UHGV virus genome: UHGV-0122704
DNA: 43,652 nt
Source of the DNA: a virus
Direction: 5' to 3' (one strand)
Positions 23,314 to 33,746 of the stretch are shown piece by piece. Position 1 is the stretch's first letter. The number at the start of each line of letters is the position of its first letter. The notes under the pieces are model-generated. The model did not search any database and was not told the DNA's origin. It saw nothing but the letters and a program-made list of their open reading frames with translations. The position numbers and the translations under genes are program-made.

Positions 23314-24909
23314 TTGGAACAAAAAGCAACATTAGCAGAACTCTTTAAGAAGGACCAGGACGCAGGTGTATTGGATGCCTCCGAGAAGTTCGCGCAGTGG
23401 ACGCTCAGCACTATCTTTACCCGGGACGATTCCCTGGACGGTAGACGCAGACCGCTAGAGCGTGACTACCAGAGCACCGGCGCGCAGCTGGTCAACACTG
23501 CAGCCACTAAGATTGTAGGGGCACTGTTCCCTCAGGGCACTAGCTTCTTCCGGTTCTCCAAGAGTTCGGACCTGGACGAGTTCATTAGTTCGCTGGGCAG
23601 TGCAGCTACGGCAGAATCTAAGCTGGCTGAGGTTGAGAACACAGCGTCACAGAAAGTATTTGAGAAAGACGGTTATGCTGCGAAGTTGCAAGCTGTGAAG
23701 CTGCTGCTGGTTACAGGTAACGCGTTGGAGTATATTGATGAGCGGACAGGTAAATCCATCGTCTACTCAGTTCGTAACTTTACCGTTCGAAGGGATGGCA
23801 GCGGGAACGTCCTGCGACTCATTATCAGAGAGCGCACAAGCGTCCAGGACCTGCCAGAGGATTTCCAGAACACCTTCTACCGTGACAAAGACCCATACGG
23901 CGACGTTGATATCTACACTGCCGCTTGTCGCAAAGTTAAGCGGACAGAGGAAGGCGTAGAGGTAGTAAGCTACGAGGTGTATCAAGAAGCCGATGGACAC
24001 CGTATCGGGGACAGCAGCACCTATCCGGAGCTGGAGCTCCCCTACAACGTGCTGGTGTGGAACCTTGTTAGTGGCGAGCACTACGGGCGCGGCTTGGTAG
24101 AGGACTACGCTGGGGACTTTGCCCGATTATCGGTACTGTCGGAAGCACTGACTAACTACGAGGTCGAAGCCTCTCGGCTGATTCCACTAGTAGATTCTAG
24201 TTCTGGCCTGGATGTGGACGAGTTCTCTACGGCGGAGACCGGGGAGGCCGTGCAGGTGGGCGGCGGTGGTTCCAACGGAAACACTAAGTCTCCTGTCACT
24301 GCTTACGAGGGCGGCTCTGCCCAGAAGATTCAGTGGATTGCCAGCAACATCCAGATGCTCGAACAGAAACTGTCTCGTGCGTTTATGTACACCGGCAACT
24401 CCCGGCAGGGTGAGCGTGTCACGGCTTATGAGATTCGCCAGAACGCCAAAGAGGCGGAAGCCGCTATGGGTGGTGGGTTCAGTATCCTGAGCGACACCTG
24501 GCTGCGTAAGCTGGCGTACCTGTACACTGCACTGGTGTACCCTCGCTTTAAGTTGTACCTCAGCGAAGGCGTGGTGAGCATCAACGTTACAGTAGGTACC
24601 TCTGCGCTGGCTAAGGCCGCAGCAGCGGACAAGCTGTTAGAGGCGGCACAGTCCATGCAGCTGGCTATCCCGGTGCTTGAGCAGATTACTCCGCGCTTCA
24701 ACAAGGATGCGTGTGTAGACTGGTACTTCGACGCCTATGGTATCGTCAGCGAGCCGTTCATGTACACCGAAGAGCAGCTGCAGCAGAAGCAACAGGTTCA
24801 AGATGCGTCTGCCGATGTATCCGCAGGTGCAGCACAGGACCAACTCCAGGGCTTGACAGCAGCGGACCCGACAGTAGCAGGTAAGCAGCTGGGCTTATTA
24901 CCAAGTTAA
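23314..24909 (+). CDS. Portal (head-tail connector) protein
   Basis: LLLVTGNALEYID, RDGSGNVLRLIIRE, LPEDF and GNSRQGERVTAYEIR...GGGFSILS parallel T7 gp8 blocks. Only possible start is TTG 23314 after the in-frame stop at 23302..23304. Confidence 0.9.
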   Translation: MEQKATLAELFKKDQDAGVLDASEKFAQWTLSTIFTRDDSLDGRRRPLERDYQSTGAQLVNTAATKIVGALFPQGTSFFRFSKSSDLDEFISSLGSAATAESKLAEVENTASQKVFEKDGYAAKLQAVKLLLVTGNALEYIDERTGKSIVYSVRNFTVRRDGSGNVLRLIIRERTSVQDLPEDFQNTFYRDKDPYGDVDIYTAACRKVKRTEEGVEVVSYEVYQEADGHRIGDSSTYPELELPYNVLVWNLVSGEHYGRGLVEDYAGDFARLSVLSEALTNYEVEASRLIPLVDSSSGLDVDEFSTAETGEAVQVGGGGSNGNTKSPVTAYEGGSAQKIQWIASNIQMLEQKLSRAFMYTGNSRQGERVTAYEIRQNAKEAEAAMGGGFSILSDTWLRKLAYLYTALVYPRFKLYLSEGVVSINVTVGTSALAKAAAADKLLEAAQSMQLAIPVLEQITPRFNKDACVDWYFDAYGIVSEPFMYTEEQLQQKQQVQDASADVSAGAAQDQLQGLTAADPTVAGKQLGLLPS

Positions 24910-24923
24910 CAACAGAGGCATAG

Positions 24924-25766
24924 ATGGATAACGTAGAAAACGGTCAAAACGTAGAAACTACACAGGTAGAGAACCAAGGTGGTCCTAAGATTCCGGGCCT
25001 AGGTGCTCCCCTTAGCGCCCCGAACAATCAAGGCGTGCAGGATGCACAGACACCTACCCAGCAGCAACAGGGCAAAGATTCCCCTGACCCTGCTAAGATT
25101 CCTCTGGATATCGAAGCCCTAAAAGCGGCCCTGGATAAGGGTGGCGATAGCGCTAAAGAGCAGCCCCAGGAGCTGGCTAAGACTGGCAACCCGACGATTG
25201 ACGCCGGTGTAGCTATGTTGCAGAAAGTCTCTGGGTTAACTGACTCTGATATGGTGCGGGCACTTGGTAAGGCCCTGGAGTACCAGGACCCTAACCTAAT
25301 CGATACGGCCTTCATTAAGGAACGTTTCGGCGAGCACGCTGCTTATGCAGAGCTGCTGGCCAAGGCGTACCTGGAAGACCAGGTTGGCCAAGCCACCAAA
25401 GCAGTACAGGAAGCTTACGATATCGTGGGTGGTAAGGAGAACTGGGAGGTAGCAGCGCAGCTGTTTAATTCCAAGGCCCCTGAACCTCTGCGTAACGCAG
25501 CTCGTGTACTCGCTAACTCGGGTGAGCTCAAGCAGGCCGCTGAGTTGGTAGCAAGCTTCTGCCGGGATATGGGTCTTATCAAGACACAGAACCCAATGGT
25601 ACGCGGTGTAGCCAGCAACAATGCACTATCTGCTGCGGAATTCCGCGCAGAGTACACCAAACTCCGTCAGGAAGCGGGCAACCGTAGCTTGGCATCCCCA
25701 CAGTTCAGTCAACGTTATAACGATTTGCTCGCACGCCGTGAAGCCGGTAAGCGCGTAGGTCTTTAA
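24924..25766 (+). CDS. Capsid assembly (scaffolding) protein
   Basis: Position between portal and capsid; acidic, low-complexity 280-aa protein. Confidence 0.7.
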   Translation: MDNVENGQNVETTQVENQGGPKIPGLGAPLSAPNNQGVQDAQTPTQQQQGKDSPDPAKIPLDIEALKAALDKGGDSAKEQPQELAKTGNPTIDAGVAMLQKVSGLTDSDMVRALGKALEYQDPNLIDTAFIKERFGEHAAYAELLAKAYLEDQVGQATKAVQEAYDIVGGKENWEVAAQLFNSKAPEPLRNAARVLANSGELKQAAELVASFCRDMGLIKTQNPMVRGVASNNALSAAEFRAEYTKLRQEAGNRSLASPQFSQRYNDLLARREAGKRVGL

Positions 25767-25791
25767 TCTCATTTAAAAGGAAAAGTAAGAT

Positions 25792-26811
25792 ATGGCAGAT
25801 ACTATCTATAAAAGCGCCCTGACCCGAGCCCATTGGGGCGGCGCGGCATCTGATGTAGACATTCACCTGGAAGTGTATCAGAATGAAGTAGACACCCGCT
25901 TCCAGTACCAGGCTCTGTTCCTGGGCCTATCCAGCCAGCGCTCTATCAGCGGTTCCAATACCTACCGTATTGACCGCCTGAACACCTCTTCGGTGAAGGG
26001 TCGTCGCTCTGGCGAGGCGCTGGATAGCACCCCGGTCCGTAACGATAAGATGATTATCGTGGTGGATACGGTGCTGTATATCCGTAACCCGATTGACTAC
26101 CAGGATGACTGGACCGGTCCGGACTTCCTGACTGAGATGGGCCAGAACAACGGCTCGGAGTTCGCGGAGACCTTCGACCAGGCGCACCTGATTCAGCTCA
26201 TCAAGGGCCGCTCCTGGGTTGCTCCGGAGCACCTTAAACCGGCATTCAACGACGGTATCGAAGTGGGTGCCTCTATCCTGGTTCCGGGCACCACTACCGC
26301 CACGCAGCTGACCCAGGCTGAGATGGAAGCGAACGCCATGAACATCAACCTGGCCCACAAGGCTGGTATTGATGAGCTCATCAAGCGTAAGACTCCGCTG
26401 GCGGACATGATTACCCTGGTGGATGTCGATACCTATTCGCGTCTGCTGGAGCATCCGAAGCTCCTGAACCTGGACTTTGGTGCATCCAACAACGACGGTT
26501 ACAAAGACCGCCGTGTAGTGAAGATGAACGGAGTGCCTGTAGTAGAGTGCACTGAGTTCCCGACCGCTGCTGGTACGCACCCGCTGGGCTCTGCTTACAC
26601 CGTCACCCCTGACGACGCGCTGTGCCGTATGGTGACTTTCAGCAAGTCCAAGACCCTGGTGACTGTTGAGGCCAAGCCGTTCACCTCCCGTATCTGGGAC
26701 GATACGCGCGAGTTCAGCAACGTACTGGACTGCTACGCGATGTACAACATCGGCCTGCGTCGTCCAGACACCGCTGCAGTGACCAAGTTCACCCTCACCA
26801 CCAAGTCCTAA
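25792..26811 (+). CDS. Major capsid protein (T7 gp10-like)
   Basis: Size, position, C-terminal YAMYNIGLRRPDTAAVTKF block resembling T7 gp10, and strongly host-optimised codon usage. Confidence 0.9.
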   Translation: MADTIYKSALTRAHWGGAASDVDIHLEVYQNEVDTRFQYQALFLGLSSQRSISGSNTYRIDRLNTSSVKGRRSGEALDSTPVRNDKMIIVVDTVLYIRNPIDYQDDWTGPDFLTEMGQNNGSEFAETFDQAHLIQLIKGRSWVAPEHLKPAFNDGIEVGASILVPGTTTATQLTQAEMEANAMNINLAHKAGIDELIKRKTPLADMITLVDVDTYSRLLEHPKLLNLDFGASNNDGYKDRRVVKMNGVPVVECTEFPTAAGTHPLGSAYTVTPDDALCRMVTFSKSKTLVTVEAKPFTSRIWDDTREFSNVLDCYAMYNIGLRRPDTAAVTKFTLTTKS

Positions 26812-26822
26812 TTGGAGGTTCA

Positions 26823-27005
26823 ATGGCAGTAATCGCTACGTTCGGTCTGGAGACTCTCCAGGCCAATGCAGCTCAGCGGGAGGCGGTTAAGGCCGCCACC
26901 GATGTAGCGAAGAACATCCAGGTGGCTTCGGTTGAATCTGGCCGCAAGGCTACCAAGAAAACCCGTAAGGCGGCTGACGCAGCCGCTGATACTACGGAAG
27001 AGTAA
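26823..27005 (+). CDS. Hypothetical small protein after the capsid gene (60 aa)
   Basis: ATG 26823 preceded by TGGAGG. Confidence 0.5.
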   Translation: MAVIATFGLETLQANAAQREAVKAATDVAKNIQVASVESGRKATKKTRKAADAAADTTEE

Positions 27006-27054
27006 ACAGTTAACGGCAATTGAACCTGCCTAGTTCCGTTTGATGAGGAAACCT

Positions 27055-27387
27055 ATGAAAGATATCCGTAACATTATAACCGGTATGACCCGCATGGAGG
27101 CCATAACCCAAGGTGGTGTAGAGTACGGCACAGAGGTGTGGCACAAACGCTGCACTGGGGACAGTACAGCCAATGCTCTGCGCATCATCTCAGAGGCCAT
27201 GTTAAAGCAGGCTGTACCTGTTAGGGTTGAGCAGTACGTAGTAAGCGGCACCCACACCCGGGAACCTAAGCACGTGTTTGATTTGTGCCGATATCTGGTG
27301 GATGTTATGGGTCTTCGGGGTTTTACGTTTAACGCAGCAGCTAGAACTGTTGAGTGTAACGTGTTCGAGCCTGTTAACAAACAGTAA
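27055..27387 (+). CDS. Hypothetical protein (110 aa)
   Basis: ATG 27055 after GAGGAA; track start 27040/27043 has no RBS. Followed directly by the intrinsic terminator. Confidence 0.5.
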   Translation: MKDIRNIITGMTRMEAITQGGVEYGTEVWHKRCTGDSTANALRIISEAMLKQAVPVRVEQYVVSGTHTREPKHVFDLCRYLVDVMGLRGFTFNAAARTVECNVFEPVNKQ

Positions 27388-27392
27388 TACGC

Positions 27393-27429
27393 GCCCCTGG
27401 TGCCTTCGGGTGCCAGGGGCTTTTTTTTT
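27393..27429 (+). terminator. Rho-independent terminator (12-bp stem, UUCG tetraloop, T9 tract)
   Basis: GCCCCTGGTGCC-TTCG-GGTGCCAGGGGC followed by TTTTTTTTT; stem includes two G-U wobble pairs. Confidence 0.85.
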
Positions 27430-27474
27430 GTCCCTGTCTTAAGGGTCCAAGGGGTCTTTAATAGAGGAACAAAT

Positions 27475-28035
27475 ATGAGAGAATTAGACGCTGTGAACCT
27501 GACGCTGGAAGCCCTGGGGGAGTCCCGCGTTATGGACATCAACACCAGCAACCCAAGCGCTGGGTTAGCTCGCTCTGCGCTTGCGCGCAATCGGCGCGGG
27601 CTGCTCAGCACAGGGTTCTGGTTTAACGTGGTCGAGCGTGAAGTTGCCCCTACTGCTGACGGCTTTATTAAAGTGCCGTGGAACCAACTGGCCGTGTACG
27701 ATGCTGGCTCTGACTCCAAATACGGGGTCCGTGATGGGAACCTGTACGACCTTATGGAGCAGAACCAGTACTTCGACAGCTCCGTTAAGCTCAAAATAGT
27801 CCTGGACTTGGACTTTGAGGACCTGCCGGAGCATGCGGCTATGTGGGTGGCTAACTACACCACTGCACAGGTGTATCTAAACGACCTGGGCGGCGACAGT
27901 AACTACGCTAATTACGCACAGGAAGCTGAGCGCTACAAGAGCATGGTGCTGCGTGAGCATCTGCGCAACCAGAGATTCAGCACCAGCAAGACCCGCTTTG
28001 CTCGTAGAATCCGCCGCGCTCGTTTTATGGTTTAA
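27475..28035 (+). CDS. Tail tubular protein A (T7 gp11-like)
   Basis: ATG 27475 with RBS AGAGGAA; the track start 27400 lies inside the terminator. LEALGESRV and GFWFN blocks parallel T7 gp11. Confidence 0.8.
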   Translation: MRELDAVNLTLEALGESRVMDINTSNPSAGLARSALARNRRGLLSTGFWFNVVEREVAPTADGFIKVPWNQLAVYDAGSDSKYGVRDGNLYDLMEQNQYFDSSVKLKIVLDLDFEDLPEHAAMWVANYTTAQVYLNDLGGDSNYANYAQEAERYKSMVLREHLRNQRFSTSKTRFARRIRRARFMV

Positions 28036-28044
28036 GGAGAGGTT

Positions 28045-30405
28045 ATGGCGCAATCATTAGAAGGTACTATTCAGAGCTTGCTGCAGGGCGTTTCCCAGCA
28101 GGTTCCGAGAGAGCGCCAACCAGGACAACTGGGGGCGCAGCTGAACATGCTCAGCGACCCGGTTTCCGGTATCCGCCGCAGACCCCCGGGTGAGATTGTC
28201 TGGGAAAGCACGATTGATAATCCAGGGCTTGATTCCCTGTTCACTGAATACGTAGAGCGTGGAACTGACGGTAGGCACCTGCTGATTAACACCAGCAACG
28301 GTAACTGGTGGTTACTGGCTAAGAATGGAAAGACCATCCTTAACTCCGGAAACGACCCGTACTTTATTACCGCCGTGGGTCAGACCTCTTTGCAGACCGC
28401 GAGTATTGCTGGACTGACTTATATCCTGAATACGGAGATGGCCCCGAACACAACCGTGGACAATACGGGGCGTATTGACCCAGGCACCACTGGGTTCTTC
28501 TACGTTAAATCTGCAGCATTCCAGAAACGCTGGAACGTCACTGTTACATCTGCCGGGGTAGATTACTCCGGGGACTACACCGCCCCAGCTGCTGGCAGTA
28601 CCAGTGGTAACGCTGAGGAGGTATCAGGTGCCTACGTTGCTCAGCAGCTGCGAGACTCTCTTGTAGCGAATGGATTGCCAGCTGGGAACGTTAGCGTACG
28701 CGGCGCATACTTGTTCTTCTATGGGTTGAGCAACTGTGTGGTATCCTCCGACGCTGGCGATACTTATGCTGGGGTATCCAACCAGTCTCGTGTAGACCAG
28801 GAGCAGGACCTACCTGCACAGCTCCCAGCGCAAGCTGACGGGGCGATGTGTCGTGTAGGTACAGCCTCGTCTGAGACAGCGTGGTACCAGTTCAGCTACA
28901 GCACCCGCACCTGGTCTGAGGTGGGAGCGTACGGCAGCATCACCAAGATTACGAACATGCCCCGAGAGCTTGCTGCAGATGACAACATTATTGCGCGGGA
29001 TTGGGAGGGGCGTTTAGCTGGTAACGACGACAATAACAGCGACCCCGGATTCGTGGAGAATGGATACATCACCGGCATTGCAGCTTTCCAGGGCCGCTTG
29101 GTTCTGCTTAGTGGTAGCTCCGTGGATATGTCTGCCTCAGGTCTGTACCAGCGCTTCTACCGCTCCACTGTGACGTCTCTGCTGGATACGGACCGTATCA
29201 GCATTAGCTCTGCGTCTGCACAGGATTCTGTGTATCGTACCGCTGTGCAGTTCAACCGGGACTTGGTCCTGTTTGCTAACAGCATGCAGGCGGTTGTGCC
29301 GGGTTCAGCGGTACTCACCCCCACTAACGCAAGTATTAGCATCACCAGCACCTACGAGTGTGATAGCCGTGTGACTCCGGTAATGGCGGGGCAGACGGTA
29401 ATCTACCCGAATAAGCGCAACAACAGCTACGCGGGTATACTGGAGCTAATCCCATCACCATATACTGCGGCGCAGTACACTACGCAGGACGCCACGGTGC
29501 ACCTGCCGCGGTACATTCCCGGCAGGGTATTGCAGATGCAAAACTCCAGTGTCACCAATATGGCCTTCTCACGAATGTCCGGAGAGCGAAATAACCTGCT
29601 GGTCTATGAGTTTATGTGGGGTGGGAGTGATGGTACTAAGATGCAAGCGTCGTGGCATAAATGGACGTTCCCATATCCAATCCTGAGCGTGCAGGCGCTG
29701 GAGGATGAGGTGTTCTTGTATATGCAAGGGCCCAGTCCCAGCAACAAGCTTTTGATTGTGTCTATGGACCCGCGTGAAGGTTATCAGCTGGGTTCGGAGT
29801 ACCGCGAAGCCTACTCGGATTTGCAGAAGCAAGTTCAAGTGCAGGATGGGGTGTTTACTGTTCCGGCGGTACTGCGCCCCGTCGGGTGGGCTGACAACTA
29901 CAAGGAAGAGCTTATCCTAACGTACTTGCCCAGCAACCCTATGGGGCCTACTGAGGTTGGCATCAAGGAGATTGCCGGGGAGAACACCCTGCGGGTTGTG
30001 CGTGGTGTACCTGATGGCACCTACGTAATTGGGAGACGCTACCGCAGTACGTTCACTCTAACTACGCCTATTCTACGGGACCAGAATGACAAGCTAGTGG
30101 GAAGTGGGCACGTGCGCCTGCTGCGCCTGGACGTAGCAGTACGTAACTCTGGGCACTTCGATGTACAGGTACTAGACACCCCACGGGACGTCAACTGGGG
30201 TGGGGAACTAACCGGTATCTTGATGAACTCAAAGGAGCTAACGCTTGGGCAGGCCCTGCGTATGGACTTGGCTACGATTACCGTGCCGTGCCGTACTAAC
30301 GCAGACACAACCGAGGTGACGTTATTTACTGAGGGTTCTATGGAACTGAACGTGCTGGATATCTCGTATATCCTGCGCTACAACCAACGCAGACGGAGAA
30401 TTTAA
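28045..30405 (+). CDS. Tail tubular protein B (T7 gp12-like)
   Basis: 786 aa directly after tail tube A; RBS AAGGAGAGG. Confidence 0.8.
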   Translation: MAQSLEGTIQSLLQGVSQQVPRERQPGQLGAQLNMLSDPVSGIRRRPPGEIVWESTIDNPGLDSLFTEYVERGTDGRHLLINTSNGNWWLLAKNGKTILNSGNDPYFITAVGQTSLQTASIAGLTYILNTEMAPNTTVDNTGRIDPGTTGFFYVKSAAFQKRWNVTVTSAGVDYSGDYTAPAAGSTSGNAEEVSGAYVAQQLRDSLVANGLPAGNVSVRGAYLFFYGLSNCVVSSDAGDTYAGVSNQSRVDQEQDLPAQLPAQADGAMCRVGTASSETAWYQFSYSTRTWSEVGAYGSITKITNMPRELAADDNIIARDWEGRLAGNDDNNSDPGFVENGYITGIAAFQGRLVLLSGSSVDMSASGLYQRFYRSTVTSLLDTDRISISSASAQDSVYRTAVQFNRDLVLFANSMQAVVPGSAVLTPTNASISITSTYECDSRVTPVMAGQTVIYPNKRNNSYAGILELIPSPYTAAQYTTQDATVHLPRYIPGRVLQMQNSSVTNMAFSRMSGERNNLLVYEFMWGGSDGTKMQASWHKWTFPYPILSVQALEDEVFLYMQGPSPSNKLLIVSMDPREGYQLGSEYREAYSDLQKQVQVQDGVFTVPAVLRPVGWADNYKEELILTYLPSNPMGPTEVGIKEIAGENTLRVVRGVPDGTYVIGRRYRSTFTLTTPILRDQNDKLVGSGHVRLLRLDVAVRNSGHFDVQVLDTPRDVNWGGELTGILMNSKELTLGQALRMDLATITVPCRTNADTTEVTLFTEGSMELNVLDISYILRYNQRRRRI

Positions 30406-30406
30406 T

Positions 30407-30994
30407 ATGTGGTGGATGGTTGCGGCCATGGCCGCTAAGGCCGTTCTGGGGCAGAGTGCTCAGATTGAAGTGTCCAAGGCCAGGAACAAGGCTGTGATTC
30501 AACAGACAGCCAAACAGTTAAACGATATAGCGCTGCAGCGTGCACAGTCCAGGGACAGGACTGAGGTATCCCTGTTTAACATCCAGCAGCAGAAACTGCA
30601 GGCGCAGAGCCAAGTAGTACTGCAGGCAGCAGCCTCTGGCACTATGGGGGCCTCTGTTAAAGACGCCGTAGCCACCGTGAACACAGTAGCAGGGCGACAA
30701 GAGGCTAGCGTACGGGACCAGCAGGCAACCCAGGAAGAGGGCTTCCGGCTAATGACGGACAAGGCTGTGGATAGTGGTCTGGCTAACATGGACATGGAGG
30801 ACCCGTACGATAACATGTTTAACTCGTTGCTAAGTGTTGGGGCATCTGCCGTTGGGCAGTACGCCGGTAACGCTGCGTCATCTTCTGACTCTGGCGGCTC
30901 ATCCCCTGGTAGCGGTGCGTCGGCTACACAGAACACGGCATCCTCCTATGACTTATGGGGGAGTAAGGGTAACAGCTCAGTTCATACCTGGTAA
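30407..30994 (+). CDS. Internal virion protein (T7 gp14-like)
   Basis: 195 aa at the position of T7 gp13/gp14; hydrophobic N-terminus. Confidence 0.65.
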   Translation: MWWMVAAMAAKAVLGQSAQIEVSKARNKAVIQQTAKQLNDIALQRAQSRDRTEVSLFNIQQQKLQAQSQVVLQAAASGTMGASVKDAVATVNTVAGRQEASVRDQQATQEEGFRLMTDKAVDSGLANMDMEDPYDNMFNSLLSVGASAVGQYAGNAASSSDSGGSSPGSGASATQNTASSYDLWGSKGNSSVHTW

Positions 30995-31011
30995 CTTAAG
31001 AGGAATATTAA

Positions 31012-33696
31012 ATGCCTGTGATTCAACCCAATAGACAGGGGCTAAATGTCGGTGGCGTACAATTGCAGGCCAACGATGTTAGCTTGCCGTCAACGGTGAG
31101 TGAGGTATCTGTTGATACCTCCAAAGCAAAACGTCTAGCCGCCCTGTCTGGGTTTGTGCAGGACTTCGGCGTAGGCTTTGACGAGGCAGTAAAAGAGAAC
31201 GCCGCAGCCGCCACAGTGCGCGGCGCGATGGATGCTCAGGGTGCGGTGGACGCGATGGCCTCCAAGGACGAGGCTGTACAGAAGCAGAACATCTTCGTAC
31301 GTGAAGCCTACCAGGATGGCTACGTATCCGCTGCTGCATACGACTCGCTAGCCAAGTGGCGCACAGACAGTATCGCCCGGGCTAAGAAAGCTGCCGAGTC
31401 CGGGTTGACTGACGAGGAGTTCCAGCAGCAGGAGCAAGAGCACGTCCAGTCTATGTCGGACAAGCTCGGTATGTATCTACCGGATATGTCCAAGCAGTCC
31501 GCTACCACCATACTGCAGCAGCTCCGTGCTACCAGCATGGCGAACTATACAGCCTTCCAGAAAGGTCGAGCTGCGTTTGCCCTGGCGCAGGCTGACCGTG
31601 CCCTAGACCGCGGCCTTAGCTCGTCCAGTGATGAGTTCTATCAGCGCCTACAAGCAGGGCAGGGTGCCGCTGCGCAGATGTCTATCAAGACCGGCTTAGA
31701 CAGCATCCTGGCTGCTGAGCACCTGGATAAGAGCAAAAAGCTTGACCGGGCCAAGCAGTATTTGGTCAGCGTAGCGCAGCAGACGCAGGACCCGCTGGTA
31801 ATCAACCAGCTGCAAGAAATGGCCACTAAGGAACTTGGTGTCAACTCCGTAGATGTCAACGCGGCGCTATATCAGGAGTTCAAGCGTGCTGGTGCTCAGA
31901 TTGAGACCCAAGCCCGTTTCGAAATCTCTGATGCAATCCAGTCCCTTGAAGGGCAGACCCCAGAGCAGCAGGAACAGACTATGGCGCATATTCGTAGTCG
32001 TGTCATTGAGCTGTCTGCATCTGATGTGCTCAGCGCTGGCACCAGTATGGAGTTCTGGAACAAGGCCCAGACCATCCGCGAGAAGGCAGCGGACACCCAG
32101 GCATTGCGCACAGCAATCACTGGGAATATGCCAAGCTCTACTTTAGCAGGCATGTTCAAAGGGGACTTAGATAAGGCGCGTACTCAGCTGCTCAAGAGCT
32201 TTCCGGACACCCCGGAAGGGAACCTGCAGTTGCTGGCATACGGGAGCAACAGCAAGGATGCGTGGGCAGTCAACGAGGCGCACAAGCGTATGTCTTCGGA
32301 CATGGCACGTACGCTGACTACGCTGGACCAGCTCGGTGAGGATGGCGAGGTTTCCCGCGAGAACGTCAACAGCATCAACTTGTGGGCACAGGCTTATAGC
32401 ACCAGTACGGACTTAGGTAAGATGGCCCTGCTGTCTGAGGTCCCGTCCGAGTGGCAGGGGGTGGTGCAGAAAGCTATTGCACAAAACCCAAGCAATGCCA
32501 GCAATACTATCTTGGACGACCTGCGCCGCCAGGCGCGTAACAAGGCCAGTGGGCGCTACAGCAATATCCAGAGTAACCCCACGGACAAGATGGTAGACCC
32601 TAGCGGTACCAGCAACTGGTTCAGTTTCTTTGGCGATGCCGACGCTCAGCGCCAGGAAGCGCGCGCTGCTATGGAGGAGGAGTACCGTTATACGTACAGC
32701 CGCAACCCAGAATCTCTGGTGGGTAAAGATGCCGAGGACATCAACACGATGCTAAAGGGTAACATCCAAGCCCGTAAGCTAGAGCTGGAAATTGCCGGTA
32801 CGCCGAGGCACGTGTATCTGCCTGCCGGAACCTCTCTGCAGTCTATCATGGGCGACTACAAGGGCGACCAGGAGCAGTTCAAGGCTACTCTGCAACAGCA
32901 GATTCAAAACCAAGTCCAGGCCATCACCGACCCCAGCAACATGGAACGTGTAGTGGTGCAGGCTGCCACAGCGGGCAACGCGGGTCAGAACATGACCGTA
33001 ACCGTGTTCGACAAGAAGGGCACATTCCAGACTATGTCTGTGAACCTCCGTGACGTTCAGGCTACTGCGCAGGCTGCGTACGATTCGGCACTGGCTGGGG
33101 ATATGAAGATTGGCAGCGAGCAAGTGGGCGTACGTCCTGCCACCTTCTACGACCACGACAATGGGCGCGCTGTCAGCGTACAGGTCAACGGTCGTAACGC
33201 GGTGGGGCTGGAACCATCGCTGTTTAGTGACATCCTCGCCACCACTATGAAGTTCGAAGGGTTCCGAGAAGGCAAGGGCAAGGGTAGCGTAGGCTTCGGT
33301 CTGCACGTTAACTCGGGCATGCCTGTCCCTCAGAAAGTAACCATTGACGACGGTATCAGTATCCTTAAATCCTCTATGGAGAGGCAGTACGTTCCGAACG
33401 TGCAGAAGCAACTCAAGGGGCAGGGTTTGAATGCCTCCGATGAGGCGTTAAAGGTTATGGTGGACCTGAACTATCACGGTGGTAACGGTAGCTCTGGTCC
33501 TGTAGCAGAGGCGATGGCACAGGTACGTAAGGCTGCCAAGTCCCCGGTGGGGGCGTATCAGTATCCTGTATCTGAGGCCCAGGGTAGGGCTTGGCAAGCG
33601 CTGAGGAATACCCCGGCGTACAAGCAGGCCCAACCTGAGCGTAAGAAGTACCTGGAACAAAACCTACGTGATTGGCTCTTTGAGGCAACACACTAA
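31012..33696 (+). CDS. Internal virion protein (gp15-like) with possible C-terminal lysozyme-like domain
   Basis: 894 aa; C-terminal MKFEGFREGKGKGSVGFGLH loosely resembles the E-G...G-x-G-H lysozyme block. Size matches the phiKMV-type internal virion protein with a peptidoglycan hydrolase domain (from memory). Confidence 0.7.
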   Translation: MPVIQPNRQGLNVGGVQLQANDVSLPSTVSEVSVDTSKAKRLAALSGFVQDFGVGFDEAVKENAAAATVRGAMDAQGAVDAMASKDEAVQKQNIFVREAYQDGYVSAAAYDSLAKWRTDSIARAKKAAESGLTDEEFQQQEQEHVQSMSDKLGMYLPDMSKQSATTILQQLRATSMANYTAFQKGRAAFALAQADRALDRGLSSSSDEFYQRLQAGQGAAAQMSIKTGLDSILAAEHLDKSKKLDRAKQYLVSVAQQTQDPLVINQLQEMATKELGVNSVDVNAALYQEFKRAGAQIETQARFEISDAIQSLEGQTPEQQEQTMAHIRSRVIELSASDVLSAGTSMEFWNKAQTIREKAADTQALRTAITGNMPSSTLAGMFKGDLDKARTQLLKSFPDTPEGNLQLLAYGSNSKDAWAVNEAHKRMSSDMARTLTTLDQLGEDGEVSRENVNSINLWAQAYSTSTDLGKMALLSEVPSEWQGVVQKAIAQNPSNASNTILDDLRRQARNKASGRYSNIQSNPTDKMVDPSGTSNWFSFFGDADAQRQEARAAMEEEYRYTYSRNPESLVGKDAEDINTMLKGNIQARKLELEIAGTPRHVYLPAGTSLQSIMGDYKGDQEQFKATLQQQIQNQVQAITDPSNMERVVVQAATAGNAGQNMTVTVFDKKGTFQTMSVNLRDVQATAQAAYDSALAGDMKIGSEQVGVRPATFYDHDNGRAVSVQVNGRNAVGLEPSLFSDILATTMKFEGFREGKGKGSVGFGLHVNSGMPVPQKVTIDDGISILKSSMERQYVPNVQKQLKGQGLNASDEALKVMVDLNYHGGNGSSGPVAEAMAQVRKAAKSPVGAYQYPVSEAQGRAWQALRNTPAYKQAQPERKKYLEQNLRDWLFEATH

Positions 33697-33746
33697 CTAG
33701 AGGCCCTCCGGGGCCTCCCCTTATCAAAATTCTTTTAGGAGATATT

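Noticed and set aside
25927-26823. Minus-strand ORF (298 aa) opposite the major capsid gene
   Set aside because: Fully antisense to a confidently identified capsid gene; an artefact of codon bias.
27030-27794. Minus-strand ORF (254 aa)
   Set aside because: Overlaps the intrinsic terminator and the tail tube A gene on the opposite strand; no supporting signals.
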